64,000 bases of DNA from an uncultured Gammaproteobacteria bacterium (lineage in GTDB: Bacteria; Patescibacteriota; Patescibacteriia; Patescibacteriales; UBA12465). The stretch lies in assembly GCA_964645545.1 (NCBI GenBank), contig CAZXZR010000001.1:27526-91525 (forward strand). The letters run 5' to 3'. Numbering within the stretch: the first letter of the stretch is position 1; each line of letters begins with the position of its first letter. The position numbers and the translations under genes are program-made. Under the pieces are notes generated by a model that saw only the letters and a program-made list of their open reading frames with translations, was not told the origin of the DNA and did not search any database. Below are positions 38,212 to 46,468 of this stretch, piece after piece.

Positions 38212-39006
38212 TTACAAAGCGAAACGGACGAAAACGGAAACTTTAACGCCAGCCAAAACATCTTTGACTTTCTTTTTTTCATCCTTAATGTATTCCTGCT
38301 CCTCCAGACAAACGTCGGCGTAAAATTTACCCATTTTGCCCATAATGATTTTCTCGGCGATTTCCACCGGCTTGCCCTCTTTAACCAACTGCTCTTTATA
38401 GATTTCTTTTTCTTTGGCTAGTTCGCCCGGGTCAACTTCACTGGGCGTGATGTATTTCGGGTTGGCGGCCGCAACCTGCATGGTGATTTCTTGGGCCAAT
38501 GCCTCCTTGCCGGCCTGATCTAAAGCTACCAAAACCCCGATTTTTCCGCCCAAATGCGAATAGGCGGCCACGGTGGCACCCTTAATTATGGCCAAGCGTT
38601 TAATCGCCATTTTTTCGCCGGTCGTGCCGCTTAAGGCGTCTAAACTGTCGCTGACGGTCGCGTCGGCCATTTTTAAGGTTAAAAGCTCTTCCACGTTGGC
38701 CGGCTGGGCTTGTTTTATTAACTCCAAAACCGCGGCGGCGAAAGCCTGAAATTTTTCGTTTCTGGCCACAAAATCAGTTTCGGAATTGACTTCCACCATA
38801 TAGCCTTCGGTTTTATTGGCGTTTAGGGCCACTTTAATCACGCCATCGCGGACTTCCCGACCGCTTCTTTTGGCGGCTTTGGCAATGCCGCTTTTCCGCA
38901 AAATCTCCACGGCTTTCTCTAGGTCGTTATTGGCTTCTTTTAAGGCTTTTTGACAATCAACCATGCCGGCGCCGGTCAATTCCCGCAATTGTTTGATGAG
39001 TTCCAT
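38212..39006 (-). CDS. tsf: Elongation factor Ts.
   Basis: LRELTGAGMVDCQKAL UBA-like N-terminus. Follows rpsB. Confidence 0.9.
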   Translation of the reverse strand: MELIKQLRELTGAGMVDCQKALKEANNDLEKAVEILRKSGIAKAAKRSGREVRDGVIKVALNANKTEGYMVEVNSETDFVARNEKFQAFAAAVLELIKQAQPANVEELLTLKMADATVSDSLDALSGTTGEKMAIKRLAIIKGATVAAYSHLGGKIGVLVALDQAGKEALAQEITMQVAAANPKYITPSEVDPGELAKEKEIYKEQLVKEGKPVEIAEKIIMGKMGKFYADVCLEEQEYIKDEKKKVKDVLAGVKVSVFVRFAL

Positions 39007-39050
39007 AAACTTATCTTAAATTTAATTATTACCATTTAAGGGCAAACAAT

Positions 39051-39743
39051 TTATTCTTTTCTGTTCTTCGCCTCTAACATCGCCGCCTCGAGGCAATCCA
39101 AGATGAGGCGAATGGTTTTGGTGGAATCGTCGTTGGCCGGAATGGGATAATTAACCTCCTCCGGATTGACGTTGGTGTCGCAAACTGCGACAATCGGGAT
39201 ATGTTTTTGTTTGGCCTCTTTTAAAGCCGTTTCTTCTTCCCTAATGTCCCAAATGAACAGGGCATCGGGCAATTTATTCAAAGCCGTTAGGCCGCCAACG
39301 CTCAATTCCAGTTTCTTAATCTCCCGCTCAAAATTAAGGCGTTCTTTCTTCGTGTATTTTTCCAGCTTGCCCGCTTCCCGTCTTTCCAAAAGATCCAGAT
39401 ATTTCTTAACTGATTTTTTAACCACGGCAAAATTAGTCAAATAGCCGCCCAGCCATTTGCCGACGATATAGGGTTGGCCAATGGCCAAAGCCATTTTCTT
39501 AAGCGATTCCGCGACTTGGTTTTTCGTACCGACGAAAAGAATGTTTTTATTTTCCGCCGCCAGCTTGGTCATAAACTCCAAAGCTTCCCGCAATTTCTCT
39601 TGGGATTTTTTCAAGTTGATGATGTAAACGCCATTCTTGGCGGTGAAGATATAGGGCGCCATTTTCGGGTGCCAACGGTTGGTCCGATGGCCGAAGTGCA
39701 TGCCCGCTTTAAGCATCTCTTCCAGACTGGGAAGGTTTACCAT
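39051..39743 (-). CDS. rpsB: 30S ribosomal protein S2. The start is probably MVNLPS at 39743; the ORF track extends to 39854.
   Basis: GMHFGHRTNRWHPKMAPYIF. Confidence 0.9.
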   Translation of the reverse strand: MVNLPSLEEMLKAGMHFGHRTNRWHPKMAPYIFTAKNGVYIINLKKSQEKLREALEFMTKLAAENKNILFVGTKNQVAESLKKMALAIGQPYIVGKWLGGYLTNFAVVKKSVKKYLDLLERREAGKLEKYTKKERLNFEREIKKLELSVGGLTALNKLPDALFIWDIREEETALKEAKQKHIPIVAVCDTNVNPEEVNYPIPANDDSTKTIRLILDCLEAAMLEAKNRKE

Positions 39744-39987
39744 ATTTTTCTTTTTAAGCTTGGAGAAAAATCTCGGCAGCGCGTCTGTTCCCTTCGCCTC
39801 GTGAAACGAGGAAGAAAAAGGCGGTCCGATTTTAATCGCCGGCCGCGGGAACATGATGGTTTATTAAACTTTTATTAAAAATAGAGGCAGCTAAACGAGG
39901 CTGAACCTCATATATAAAAGATAGGGCAAAAACGGGCTTCTGTCAACAACGGCACTCCCGGAGCGGACTGGAATTTTAAAAAAAAGG

Positions 39988-40030
39988 AAGATTTTTCCAA
40001 AAACTTGAAAGAAATCTTCCTCTTGTGTTT
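39988..40030 (-). terminator. Intrinsic terminator (minus-strand orientation) after the 40042..40738 gene and upstream of rpsB.
   Basis: 9-bp stem GGAAGATTT/AAATCTTCC followed by a U8 tract on the minus strand. Confidence 0.65.
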
Positions 40031-40041
40031 CCGGCCGCGTC

Positions 40042-40738
40042 CTAGAAGGCCAAGCGGCAATTCAAATGCAGTCCCAGGCCGGAATTGAAACCGTCGCCCA
40101 GAGCGAAAAATTCATAATGACCGACGAGGAAGACGATTATCTTGCCGGCCAAAATTCCCTTGCCTATCTCCAGATCGGCCTGCCAACTGGGACGGACGGC
40201 CTCTTGCCGCGTCAAGACTTCGTTTTCGCCCTTTAGAGAGAAAGACTCTTCATAGGCGTAGCCTTGCAGGCCAACGCGAGTCCGGGCGGCCAGGCGTAAA
40301 TCCGATTGCGGCTTGAACTTGCCGCGCGAGGAATGGGCCAAAAAAGCCAGAGGAGAAGCAAAAACGGCGAAAGCCATTTTCTCGCCGGCCAGACTCAAGC
40401 CCAAAGCGCCGTCGTATTGGACGCCGTTATAGCCGTCCTTGACAAAGGCGTAACCGACAAAATCGGCTCCCGTTTTTTCCGGGTTAACGTCTTTAAAAAG
40501 ACCGGCGGTGACGAATTCATAGGCGTCGCCGGCGTGAAAAAAATCAAAGAAATCACTGCCGTAGCCGGTGGCAAAAAGCCAGTAGGGTTCAGACGGCGCC
40601 TTTTCCGCCTGCCAATGAAAAGGGCGGACGGATGCTGATTCTTGTCTAAAGGTTTGCGCCTGCAATGAAAAGGCAAGGATCAAAAAAAAGGAAAAGGCGA
40701 AAAGCAAATAAATAATAATTGTTTTCACGGCATAGGTT
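40042..40738 (-). CDS. Secreted hypothetical protein with a probable GTG start and signal peptide. It has a beta-rich composition and ends in an aromatic residue.
   Basis: Signal peptide MKTIIIYLLFAFSFFLILAFSLQA after the GTG start. Gly/aromatic-rich mature part. The ORF track has a longer N-terminus through AT-rich DNA. Confidence 0.5.
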
Positions 40739-40887
40739 TTGGTTAATATTAATTTTAAAAAACAAAAAATATTCCTATTACTATAACATATCAATTATTA
40801 TTTGTCAAGAGGTGGTACTGTTGCAGAATTGAAGTTACCTTCTGGGGATAAATATAAAGGAAAAAGCTCTATGCAAGTAGAACTTTT

Positions 40888-41478
40888 TTATAAATTCCTG
40901 GCCGCGAAGTCCCAATTCCAGAGATGGCGCATGACCGCGTCCACGAAGTCGCCGCGCCGGTTCTGGTAGTCAAGGTAATAGGCGTGCTCCCAAACGTCTA
41001 CGGTCAATAAAGGTTTTTCTTCTGGGGAGAAGGGGCTGTCGGCATTGGCCGTTTTAATGATTTTCAAACCGGCCGTGGTTTTGACCAGCCAGGCCCAGCC
41101 GCTACCGAATTGAGACAGGGCGGCGCTTTTAAATTCGGCGTAAAATTTTTCCAGGTCGCCGAAATCTTTCTTGATCATTTCCAAAAATTCCGGCGCCGGG
41201 GCCGAGGGATTTTTTGCCGGCCTTAGGCTGTTCCAGAAAAAATTATGATTGAAGGTCTGGGCGGCGTTATTGAAAATCGCCGCCTGCTCCGGTCGGTCCT
41301 TGGTCTGGGTAATAATTTCCTCTAAGCTCTTATTCTCCCACTCAAGGCCGCTAGTCAATTTATTCAAATTATCTACGTAAGCTTGATGGTGTTTGCCGTA
41401 ATGGAACTCTAAAGTGCGCGCGGAAATATGAGGGCTAAGCGCGTCTAAAGCAAAGGGTAAAGGTGAAAGAGTAAACAT
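40888..41478 (-). CDS. sodA: Fe/Mn superoxide dismutase.
   Basis: LEFHYGKHHQAYV and DVWEHAYYLDYQNRR. Confidence 0.9.
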   Translation of the reverse strand: MFTLSPLPFALDALSPHISARTLEFHYGKHHQAYVDNLNKLTSGLEWENKSLEEIITQTKDRPEQAAIFNNAAQTFNHNFFWNSLRPAKNPSAPAPEFLEMIKKDFGDLEKFYAEFKSAALSQFGSGWAWLVKTTAGLKIIKTANADSPFSPEEKPLLTVDVWEHAYYLDYQNRRGDFVDAVMRHLWNWDFAARNL

Positions 41479-41518
41479 AGGCGTAAAGTTAATTTTTAAA
41501 TAAGGTTAATTTTATCTA

Positions 41519-41593
41519 GACGGCCCTAATAGCTTCGGGCGAGCTCTAAATTTATTAAAGCCGGCCCGAAGTTAAATTAGGGTCGTGGCCTAT
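41519..41593. promoter_or_regulatory. Nested imperfect palindrome upstream of sodA. The outer arms are GGCCCTAAT/ATTAGGGTC and the inner arms CTTCGGGC/GCCCGAAG.
   Basis: Seen directly. Either a structured leader or a regulator binding site. Confidence 0.3.
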
Positions 41594-41665
41594 ATTATAA
41601 CAGAAAATATCTTTCTTAACCAGCCCTTTAAAAAAGATAAATTGAGCCTGGAAAGATCAATTTAA

Positions 41666-41694
41666 TTGACATTTTCAACCACTGGTGATAAAAT
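41666..41694 (+). promoter_or_regulatory. Near-consensus sigma70 promoter of small transcription unit 1.
   Basis: TTGACA, 17 nt, TAAAAT. Confidence 0.55.
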
Positions 41695-41700
41695 TAAAAC

Positions 41701-41916
41701 AGACTTTCTTTAAAATATTAAAATATCCGTCCGGAGTTTCTTTTCTCCTTTTTGGGTTAATATAATAAGTTGTATTCAAATTTTTCATTTTACCCCTTTT
41801 CTCCGGACGGACCTTATTATCATCCTGATCGTGAAGGCTCGGTATAGTTCTTTTCCGGGTCTTCCCGGCAGGCCCTTTCCTATAAGCCCCCGACGTTTAA
41901 TGAAGGGGGTTTTTCC
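41701..41916 (+). ncRNA. Candidate structured small RNA, unit 1 (about 215 nt). It has a conserved 5' motif, an 11-bp long-range helix (41726-41736 with 41800-41810) and an intrinsic terminator (CCCCC-loop-GGGGG followed by TTTTT).
   Basis: Promoter and terminator bracket the unit. There is no conserved ORF. It is a paralog of unit 2, with compensatory base changes in the helix. Confidence 0.5.
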
Positions 41917-41919
41917 TTT

Positions 41920-41948
41920 TTGACATTTTTTTGTTAAGGAGATATAAT
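41920..41948 (+). promoter_or_regulatory. Consensus sigma70 promoter of small transcription unit 2.
   Basis: TTGACA, 17 nt, TATAAT (perfect consensus). Confidence 0.6.
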
Positions 41949-41954
41949 AAAAAT

Positions 41955-42169
41955 AAGCTTAGTTCCTTTAAAATATTTAAAATATCCGCCTGGGGTTTCT
42001 TTTCAAAGTTAATAATATGGAATATAATTTGGGAAATATTAAGGTTAACCTGCATTTCTCCCCGGGCGGACCCCATGCCCGTCTGGAGCGTTGTATCTCC
42101 GGACTTGTTCCCTCTTGTTAGCTCCTACGGGTATTCGCCCCCGTCTCGCTCATCGACGGGGGCTTTTTA
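41955..42169 (+). ncRNA. Candidate structured small RNA, unit 2 (about 215 nt). It has the same 5' motif as unit 1, an 11-bp helix (41985-41995 with 42060-42070) and an intrinsic terminator (GCCCCCGTC-loop-GACGGGGGC followed by TTTTT).
   Basis: As for unit 1. The 79-aa ORF in the track (41931..42170) starts upstream of the -10 element and is probably not coding. Confidence 0.5.
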
Positions 42170-42233
42170 AAAAAGTCACCACTAATCCTTATCTTTAAAT
42201 TGACTAATTGGCCACCCGATCGGCATCGACGCT

Positions 42234-42261
42234 TGACTTTAATAAAAAAATTTAGTAATTT
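42234..42261 (+). promoter_or_regulatory. Putative promoter for the 372-aa gene.
   Basis: TTGACT, 16 nt, TAATTT. Confidence 0.35.
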
Positions 42262-42326
42262 TAAGACAGAACTTTAAATTATAAAAGCGATCGTTAACAA
42301 AAAAATAAATTAAACTTCATAAAACC

Positions 42327-43445
42327 ATGGAACCGAATATTTACTGCGATCTGGACAGGCCGGAATCGATTTACGCTATTGCCTCTATCCTGACCAGCCT
42401 GATAAATGGTGGGGATAAAAAAAATTCACTAAGAGAGGCGATAGAAAGCGGCACTTACTATGAGGAGTTTGACGAATATTATGAGGATCAAGATTTTGAC
42501 GAGGAAGATCCGGAGAAGACGGGAAGTGAAGAGCAAAAACATTTTTTCTATTGTTATTCCAGCGGCCTTAAACAGCTCTTGAAAAATCCACCGACCCGAC
42601 CGGCTTTCCTCTTAAATATCGGCCCGAAAAATAAAAAAGAAGCTGAATTGCTGGCTGAATTCGCCTACCGCTACGGCCATCGGATTATCCTCTGGCTGGA
42701 TAATCATCAATGGCCAAAAAAATTTTTAGCGTTCGCGCAAAAATGCTTACGGGATCATGGTCACGACCTGGAAATTTATTCCGAAGCTTCCTGTTTGCCA
42801 AAAATGGAAAAGTTGGGCTATCTAATCTTACCCCGTTGGTTAGTGGAAGCGGAACAAATGGCCTTAAAGCGCATGAAGGCGGCTGTACTCTATTATTATC
42901 GCGCTTATCGCGTCTGCAAAGTCGGCGATCAAATTGATCCGCAAGCCTATTTGGTCACAAAATTTTTCATCCACGCTGGTATAAGCGTTTGTCTGGATAG
43001 CCCCGATAAATTTATAGATGATAATTATATGGCCTATACCCACATGAAAGCGACGAGCAAGCGCGCGGCGGAAAAAATTCGTCATAAAAGTTTGGTTTTT
43101 CAAAACAGCCCTCGCGACCCCAAAATCGCTTACGTGAATTTAGGGCGCATCGGGCGCTTCCTTGATTTCCAAGTTTTAACCCGGGAAGCGCGCCGGAAAT
43201 ATCCCTATCTCTACATTATTCAATATCTGTATAATAAAAGGTCTTACACTAAAATCTGTTCCAAGGCCTTTGATCCCGAACTTGTCTTAAAAGTTTTGGG
43301 AAAAGACCAACTTAAATTCATTCGGGAAAATAATGCCAAGGGCCTAAAACTCATTTGGGAAAACCTGAAATTTGTTTCCCCTCCTCGTTCCCGAAACGAA
43401 CGAGGATGTTTCACGGAACCATTAAAAAGGCCTGTTCGCATATGA
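42327..43445 (+). CDS. Hypothetical 372-aa protein with a strongly acidic N-terminal segment (YYEEFDEYYEDQDFDEEDPE). No recognised domain.
   Basis: Long ORF ending in TGA, followed by an intrinsic terminator. It lies in the AT-rich island. Confidence 0.5.
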   Translation: MEPNIYCDLDRPESIYAIASILTSLINGGDKKNSLREAIESGTYYEEFDEYYEDQDFDEEDPEKTGSEEQKHFFYCYSSGLKQLLKNPPTRPAFLLNIGPKNKKEAELLAEFAYRYGHRIILWLDNHQWPKKFLAFAQKCLRDHGHDLEIYSEASCLPKMEKLGYLILPRWLVEAEQMALKRMKAAVLYYYRAYRVCKVGDQIDPQAYLVTKFFIHAGISVCLDSPDKFIDDNYMAYTHMKATSKRAAEKIRHKSLVFQNSPRDPKIAYVNLGRIGRFLDFQVLTREARRKYPYLYIIQYLYNKRSYTKICSKAFDPELVLKVLGKDQLKFIRENNAKGLKLIWENLKFVSPPRSRNERGCFTEPLKRPVRI

Positions 43446-43462
43446 ACAGGCTCTTTTTTTTA
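43425..43462. terminator. Bidirectional intrinsic terminator between the convergent 372-aa gene and the nuclease gene.
   Basis: AAAAAG-GCCTGTTC-gcatat-GAACAGGC followed by TCTTTTTTTT. Confidence 0.7.
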
Positions 43463-43491
43463 AATAATTCCCGCCTATCTAGATCATGCTC

Positions 43492-44280
43492 TCAAAAAGA
43501 AAAATGACTCTGCCTGGATTTCCCGCCCTCTTTCTCTGTCTTCTCCCGAGCGAAGGCATAGGCGCAATAATCACAATCTGGAGCAGCGGCGGGAATTTTA
43601 TCCGCCACTAAAGAACGCCGGGCTTTAAGAAGCGCCCCTTCCACCCAGCGGTCGTTGCCTCTATAAGGAATAATCTTGACGTCAAATTCCAATTTGGCAT
43701 CAAAGGCTTCTTTGTCGGCGTCGCCGTTACAATAAACGAAATAGCCGGTGTCAGAAATTTTTAACCCATTACGGCGCAAAAGCCACTGATAAATTTCCAT
43801 TTGCCGCTTATACCCGATCTGCCAATCGGCGTCCAAATTAACTTCTTCGCTTTTGCTCGTCGCTTTGTAATCCACCACATAAACCGTGCCCTGACCGTCC
43901 GTCCAAAGATCATCTACGGCGCCGGTAACCAGAAAATTGGAGGCCGGGTGCAAAAATTGCACGCCTTGAAAATTATCGCGCCATTCATTTAAACGCGGAT
44001 CGGCTAAAGGCACGAGCTTAAGACCGTAAGCTTTCATTAAGGGATGGGCGCTGTTTTTGGCGCGATGGCGGTCAAATTCTTTTTTTAATAATTTATCCAC
44101 GGCCGAATTCAAGGTGAAAGGAAAACCCGGCGGCCTTTCTACGCCTAAGCGACGATCAAGATAAAAACAGCGCGGGCAATTCAAAAATAGATCCAATTTG
44201 GAGCGACTAAGTTTAAAAGGCAGGCGACTTTTGGGGTTAAAAAGGTTGTGCCGGCGATTGGAGTTATAGTAAACAGACAT
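43492..44280 (-). CDS. PD-(D/E)XK nuclease, Cas4/RecB-like (DUF83-type), with a probable Fe-S cysteine cluster.
   Basis: Motif II/III VYVVDYKATSK. QhxxY motif QMEIYQWL. Four Cys: N-terminal CPRC and C-terminal CDYC. Confidence 0.7.
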   Translation of the reverse strand: MSVYYNSNRRHNLFNPKSRLPFKLSRSKLDLFLNCPRCFYLDRRLGVERPPGFPFTLNSAVDKLLKKEFDRHRAKNSAHPLMKAYGLKLVPLADPRLNEWRDNFQGVQFLHPASNFLVTGAVDDLWTDGQGTVYVVDYKATSKSEEVNLDADWQIGYKRQMEIYQWLLRRNGLKISDTGYFVYCNGDADKEAFDAKLEFDVKIIPYRGNDRWVEGALLKARRSLVADKIPAAAPDCDYCAYAFAREKTEKEGGKSRQSHFSF

Positions 44281-44370
44281 ATTTTTAGAAATTATTTAGT
44301 TAATTTTAGCTAATAATATACTTGTGGATAAATTGTGTTAAAATTGGGAATAAATCATAAGAAAAAAGCC

Positions 44371-44398
44371 TTGTCAAAATAGAAAGAAGTGCTAATAT
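44371..44398 (+). promoter_or_regulatory. Promoter of the large RNA candidate.
   Basis: TTGTCA, 16 nt, TAATAT. Confidence 0.45.
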
Positions 44399-44404
44399 AT
44401 AGTC

Positions 44405-44787
44405 ATGTACGTTTGGTACGTAATCCCGATCAAGTGCAAAGGGTGTCCTTGCGCAAGCAAGGACTCTTGATCGGGCCGTTGCACTTCAAACTAGAATTCA
44501 AACGGCATCCGACCCCCCGTAGAGTTTATCCTATATCCTTGGGAGAAGCGCGAAAGCCTCGGGTAAGGCTCGGCGACTCAAACAGAGCCTTAAAACCGTA
44601 CGTTGTCACGGTGGGGTGGACCGGGCACAATGACAATGTCCGAAGGGTATGAAGATTTGCAAGTCTTCATAAACTCTCGGGGCCGGAAAAGCCGAAAAAA
44701 GAAACTCTCCATTGTGTATTGTGTATCTATTTCGATTCTGGGACACTTCGGAGATAGAGCTTGCGCGCCAGTGCAAGCTCTTTTTTT
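44405..44787 (+). ncRNA. Candidate large (~385 nt) highly structured RNA of unknown family, ending in a strong intrinsic terminator (GAGCTTGC-gcgccagt-GCAAGCTC followed by TTTTTTT).
   Basis: Multiple perfect helices: a 9-bp CCGATCAAG/CTTGATCGG helix enclosing TCCTTGC-GCAA-GCAAGGA, plus GCCGTT/AACGGC and TATGAAGA/TCTTCATA. Only Arg-rich, implausible ORFs. Flanked by a promoter and a terminator. Confidence 0.45.
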
Positions 44788-44821
44788 ATATACGCTTTTC
44801 TTTAGGCTCCAAACCTTATTA

Positions 44822-45290
44822 TTACTTCATTATTACTTCCTTCACGCTTTTATAATACCGCAATAAAAGGCTGGTTAAAGCACCGCCGCCATCACAACGA
44901 TAACCGTAAGGTTCACGGAAAGCGACAATGGTCATGCCCGGTTTGATGTTGGCCGGGTGTAAAAGCAAGCGCATGTCGGTCAAGCCGACACAAGTCGCTC
45001 CCCAAATCAGAATAAGTTGGTCGCCATTACCGGTGTCGCAGAAGGCGGTAATGCCATTTTTCATATAACCTTTTTAATCTGAACTTCGTTGGCCATTATA
45101 CAAGCTAAACAACCGGTACGGGCGAGATCATTGGCTGTCATAGTAATTGGTTCCCAGCCCAGATGATAGAAAACCTCTGGCGTACCAATGAGACTGAAGA
45201 ATTATGGCTTCCCACCGGCGCCGTCATTTTCCATTTCTTCCATCACGATCGGCGGAGTGTTGATGTCCCGTTCGGGATAAAAAAAGTTAA
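44822..45290 (-). pseudogene. Frameshifted or stop-interrupted remnants of a gene of unidentified family (three minus-strand frame segments).
   Basis: Manual translation gives contiguous fragments in different frames (...YPERDINTPPIVMEEMENDGAGGKP*, ...PEVFYHLGWEPITMTANDLARTGCLACIMANEVQIKKVI*, then the 80-aa MKNGITAFCDTGNGD... ORF). Confidence 0.4.
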
Positions 45291-45324
45291 TCTAACTTAA
45301 TTTCCCTAAACTCTTAACCATTCC

Positions 45325-45356
45325 GAGCTTGTCTTACTAAAGGCAAGCTTTTTTAT
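45325..45356. terminator. Hairpin with a T-run on the plus strand, overlapping the 3' end of the metallophosphoesterase gene.
   Basis: GAGCTTG-tcttactaaag-CAAGCTT followed by TTTTT. Confidence 0.3.
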
Positions 45357-46462
45357 TTCCCCTCCAACCTTATGGCCACGATTTCACTGCGGCCGCTGGT
45401 GCGCAAAGGCGGCCCCCAGGAGCCGACGCCCGAGGAAACGACCAAATTGAAATCGCCCTTTTTAAAAAGGCCGTAATCATAGCCGCGGTAGGCCAGTTTG
45501 GTTAAAAAATTAAGGGGAAATAACTGGCCGCGATGCGTATGACCGGATAGCTGAAGGCCAATGCCGATGTCTTTGGCCTGTTTAACATGAATGGGCTCAT
45601 GATTCATTAACAAGCTCGGCCGCTTGGGATTGTAGCCGACTTGACGCAAAACCTCTTCCGTCGCGGAAAAATCACGGTTGAAGGCGTAATTGAGGCCGAT
45701 TATCTGCAGGCCATCCACAATAGCCATTTTGTTATCCAATAAGGTAATCGGATTGCCGCTAATCAATTCCTGGGCGCGCTTAAAACCTAAATAAAGCTCA
45801 TGATTGCCGAAACAATAATAAATGCCTTGGGGCAAGTTTAAACTATTAAAAGGATGGTTAAGCCAGGAAAAATCCGAGTCCAAACCGTCAAACAGGTCGC
45901 CGGTAATGAACAAGGCCGCCGGTTTGAGAGCGGCGACTCGCTCTAAAAGGCGGGCGAGAAAATGCCGGCGGTAAATCGGCCCGAGATGAAGGTCGGAAAT
46001 TTGCACGACTGTTTTTCCTCTCCAGGCCGGCGGCAAATCCATAATGGCGACCGTGTATTTTTTTACCCGCGTCCTAAAAGCGTTAAAAAATCCGTAAGCC
46101 GACCAGAGAATAACGCCGGCGAAAAAAGCTATTTTTGAAAAGCAGTCCGGGAAAATAAAATTAAAAGAGCGGCCGCCCCAGCGTAAAAGCGCGACTAAAA
46201 GCCAAGCTAAATAGAAATGCAATAACAGGCCCAACCAAGAAACGGCGAGAAAATAATAGGCGCGGGTGAAACGCCTGTCAATTTTATGAATAAGCCAGAA
46301 AACAAAGATGAAGCTGAAAAATAGAAAAGCTAAAACTACCGCCAAAATGAAGCGGCCGGAACTTGCGCCTATCCCTAAAAATTTAACTAAAAAAAACCAA
46401 AGATCAATATGGCCAAGCGCAAGCACGGCTACAGCGGAAGCGAAAAAAAATAATTGCAACAT
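45353..46462 (-). CDS. Membrane-bound metallophosphoesterase (calcineurin-like, YkuE-type).
   Basis: Four N-terminal TM segments. GDLFDG, GNHE and GHTHRG motifs. Confidence 0.8.
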   Translation of the reverse strand: MLQLFFFASAVAVLALGHIDLWFFLVKFLGIGASSGRFILAVVLAFLFFSFIFVFWLIHKIDRRFTRAYYFLAVSWLGLLLHFYLAWLLVALLRWGGRSFNFIFPDCFSKIAFFAGVILWSAYGFFNAFRTRVKKYTVAIMDLPPAWRGKTVVQISDLHLGPIYRRHFLARLLERVAALKPAALFITGDLFDGLDSDFSWLNHPFNSLNLPQGIYYCFGNHELYLGFKRAQELISGNPITLLDNKMAIVDGLQIIGLNYAFNRDFSATEEVLRQVGYNPKRPSLLMNHEPIHVKQAKDIGIGLQLSGHTHRGQLFPLNFLTKLAYRGYDYGLFKKGDFNLVVSSGVGSWGPPLRTSGRSEIVAIRLEGK

Positions 46463-46468
46463 AGATTT

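Noticed and set aside
39474-39878. 134-aa plus-strand ORF antisense to rpsB
   Set aside because: Shadow ORF opposite a universally conserved gene.
41931-42170. 79-aa plus-strand ORF in sRNA unit 2
   Set aside because: It begins upstream of the consensus -10 element, runs through the covarying helix and the terminator, and has no counterpart ORF in the paralogous unit 1.
44405-44787. Identity of the large RNA as RNase P RNA or tmRNA
   Set aside because: There is no P4 consensus (GGAAAGUCCGG, ACAGAACCCGGCUUA), no tRNA-like acceptor or T-arm ends, and no resume-codon tag region.
44389-44866. Two overlapping 87-aa plus-strand ORFs in the large RNA candidate region
   Set aside because: They are Arg-rich and lack SD sites. 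The region is better explained by dense RNA secondary structure bounded by a promoter and a terminator.
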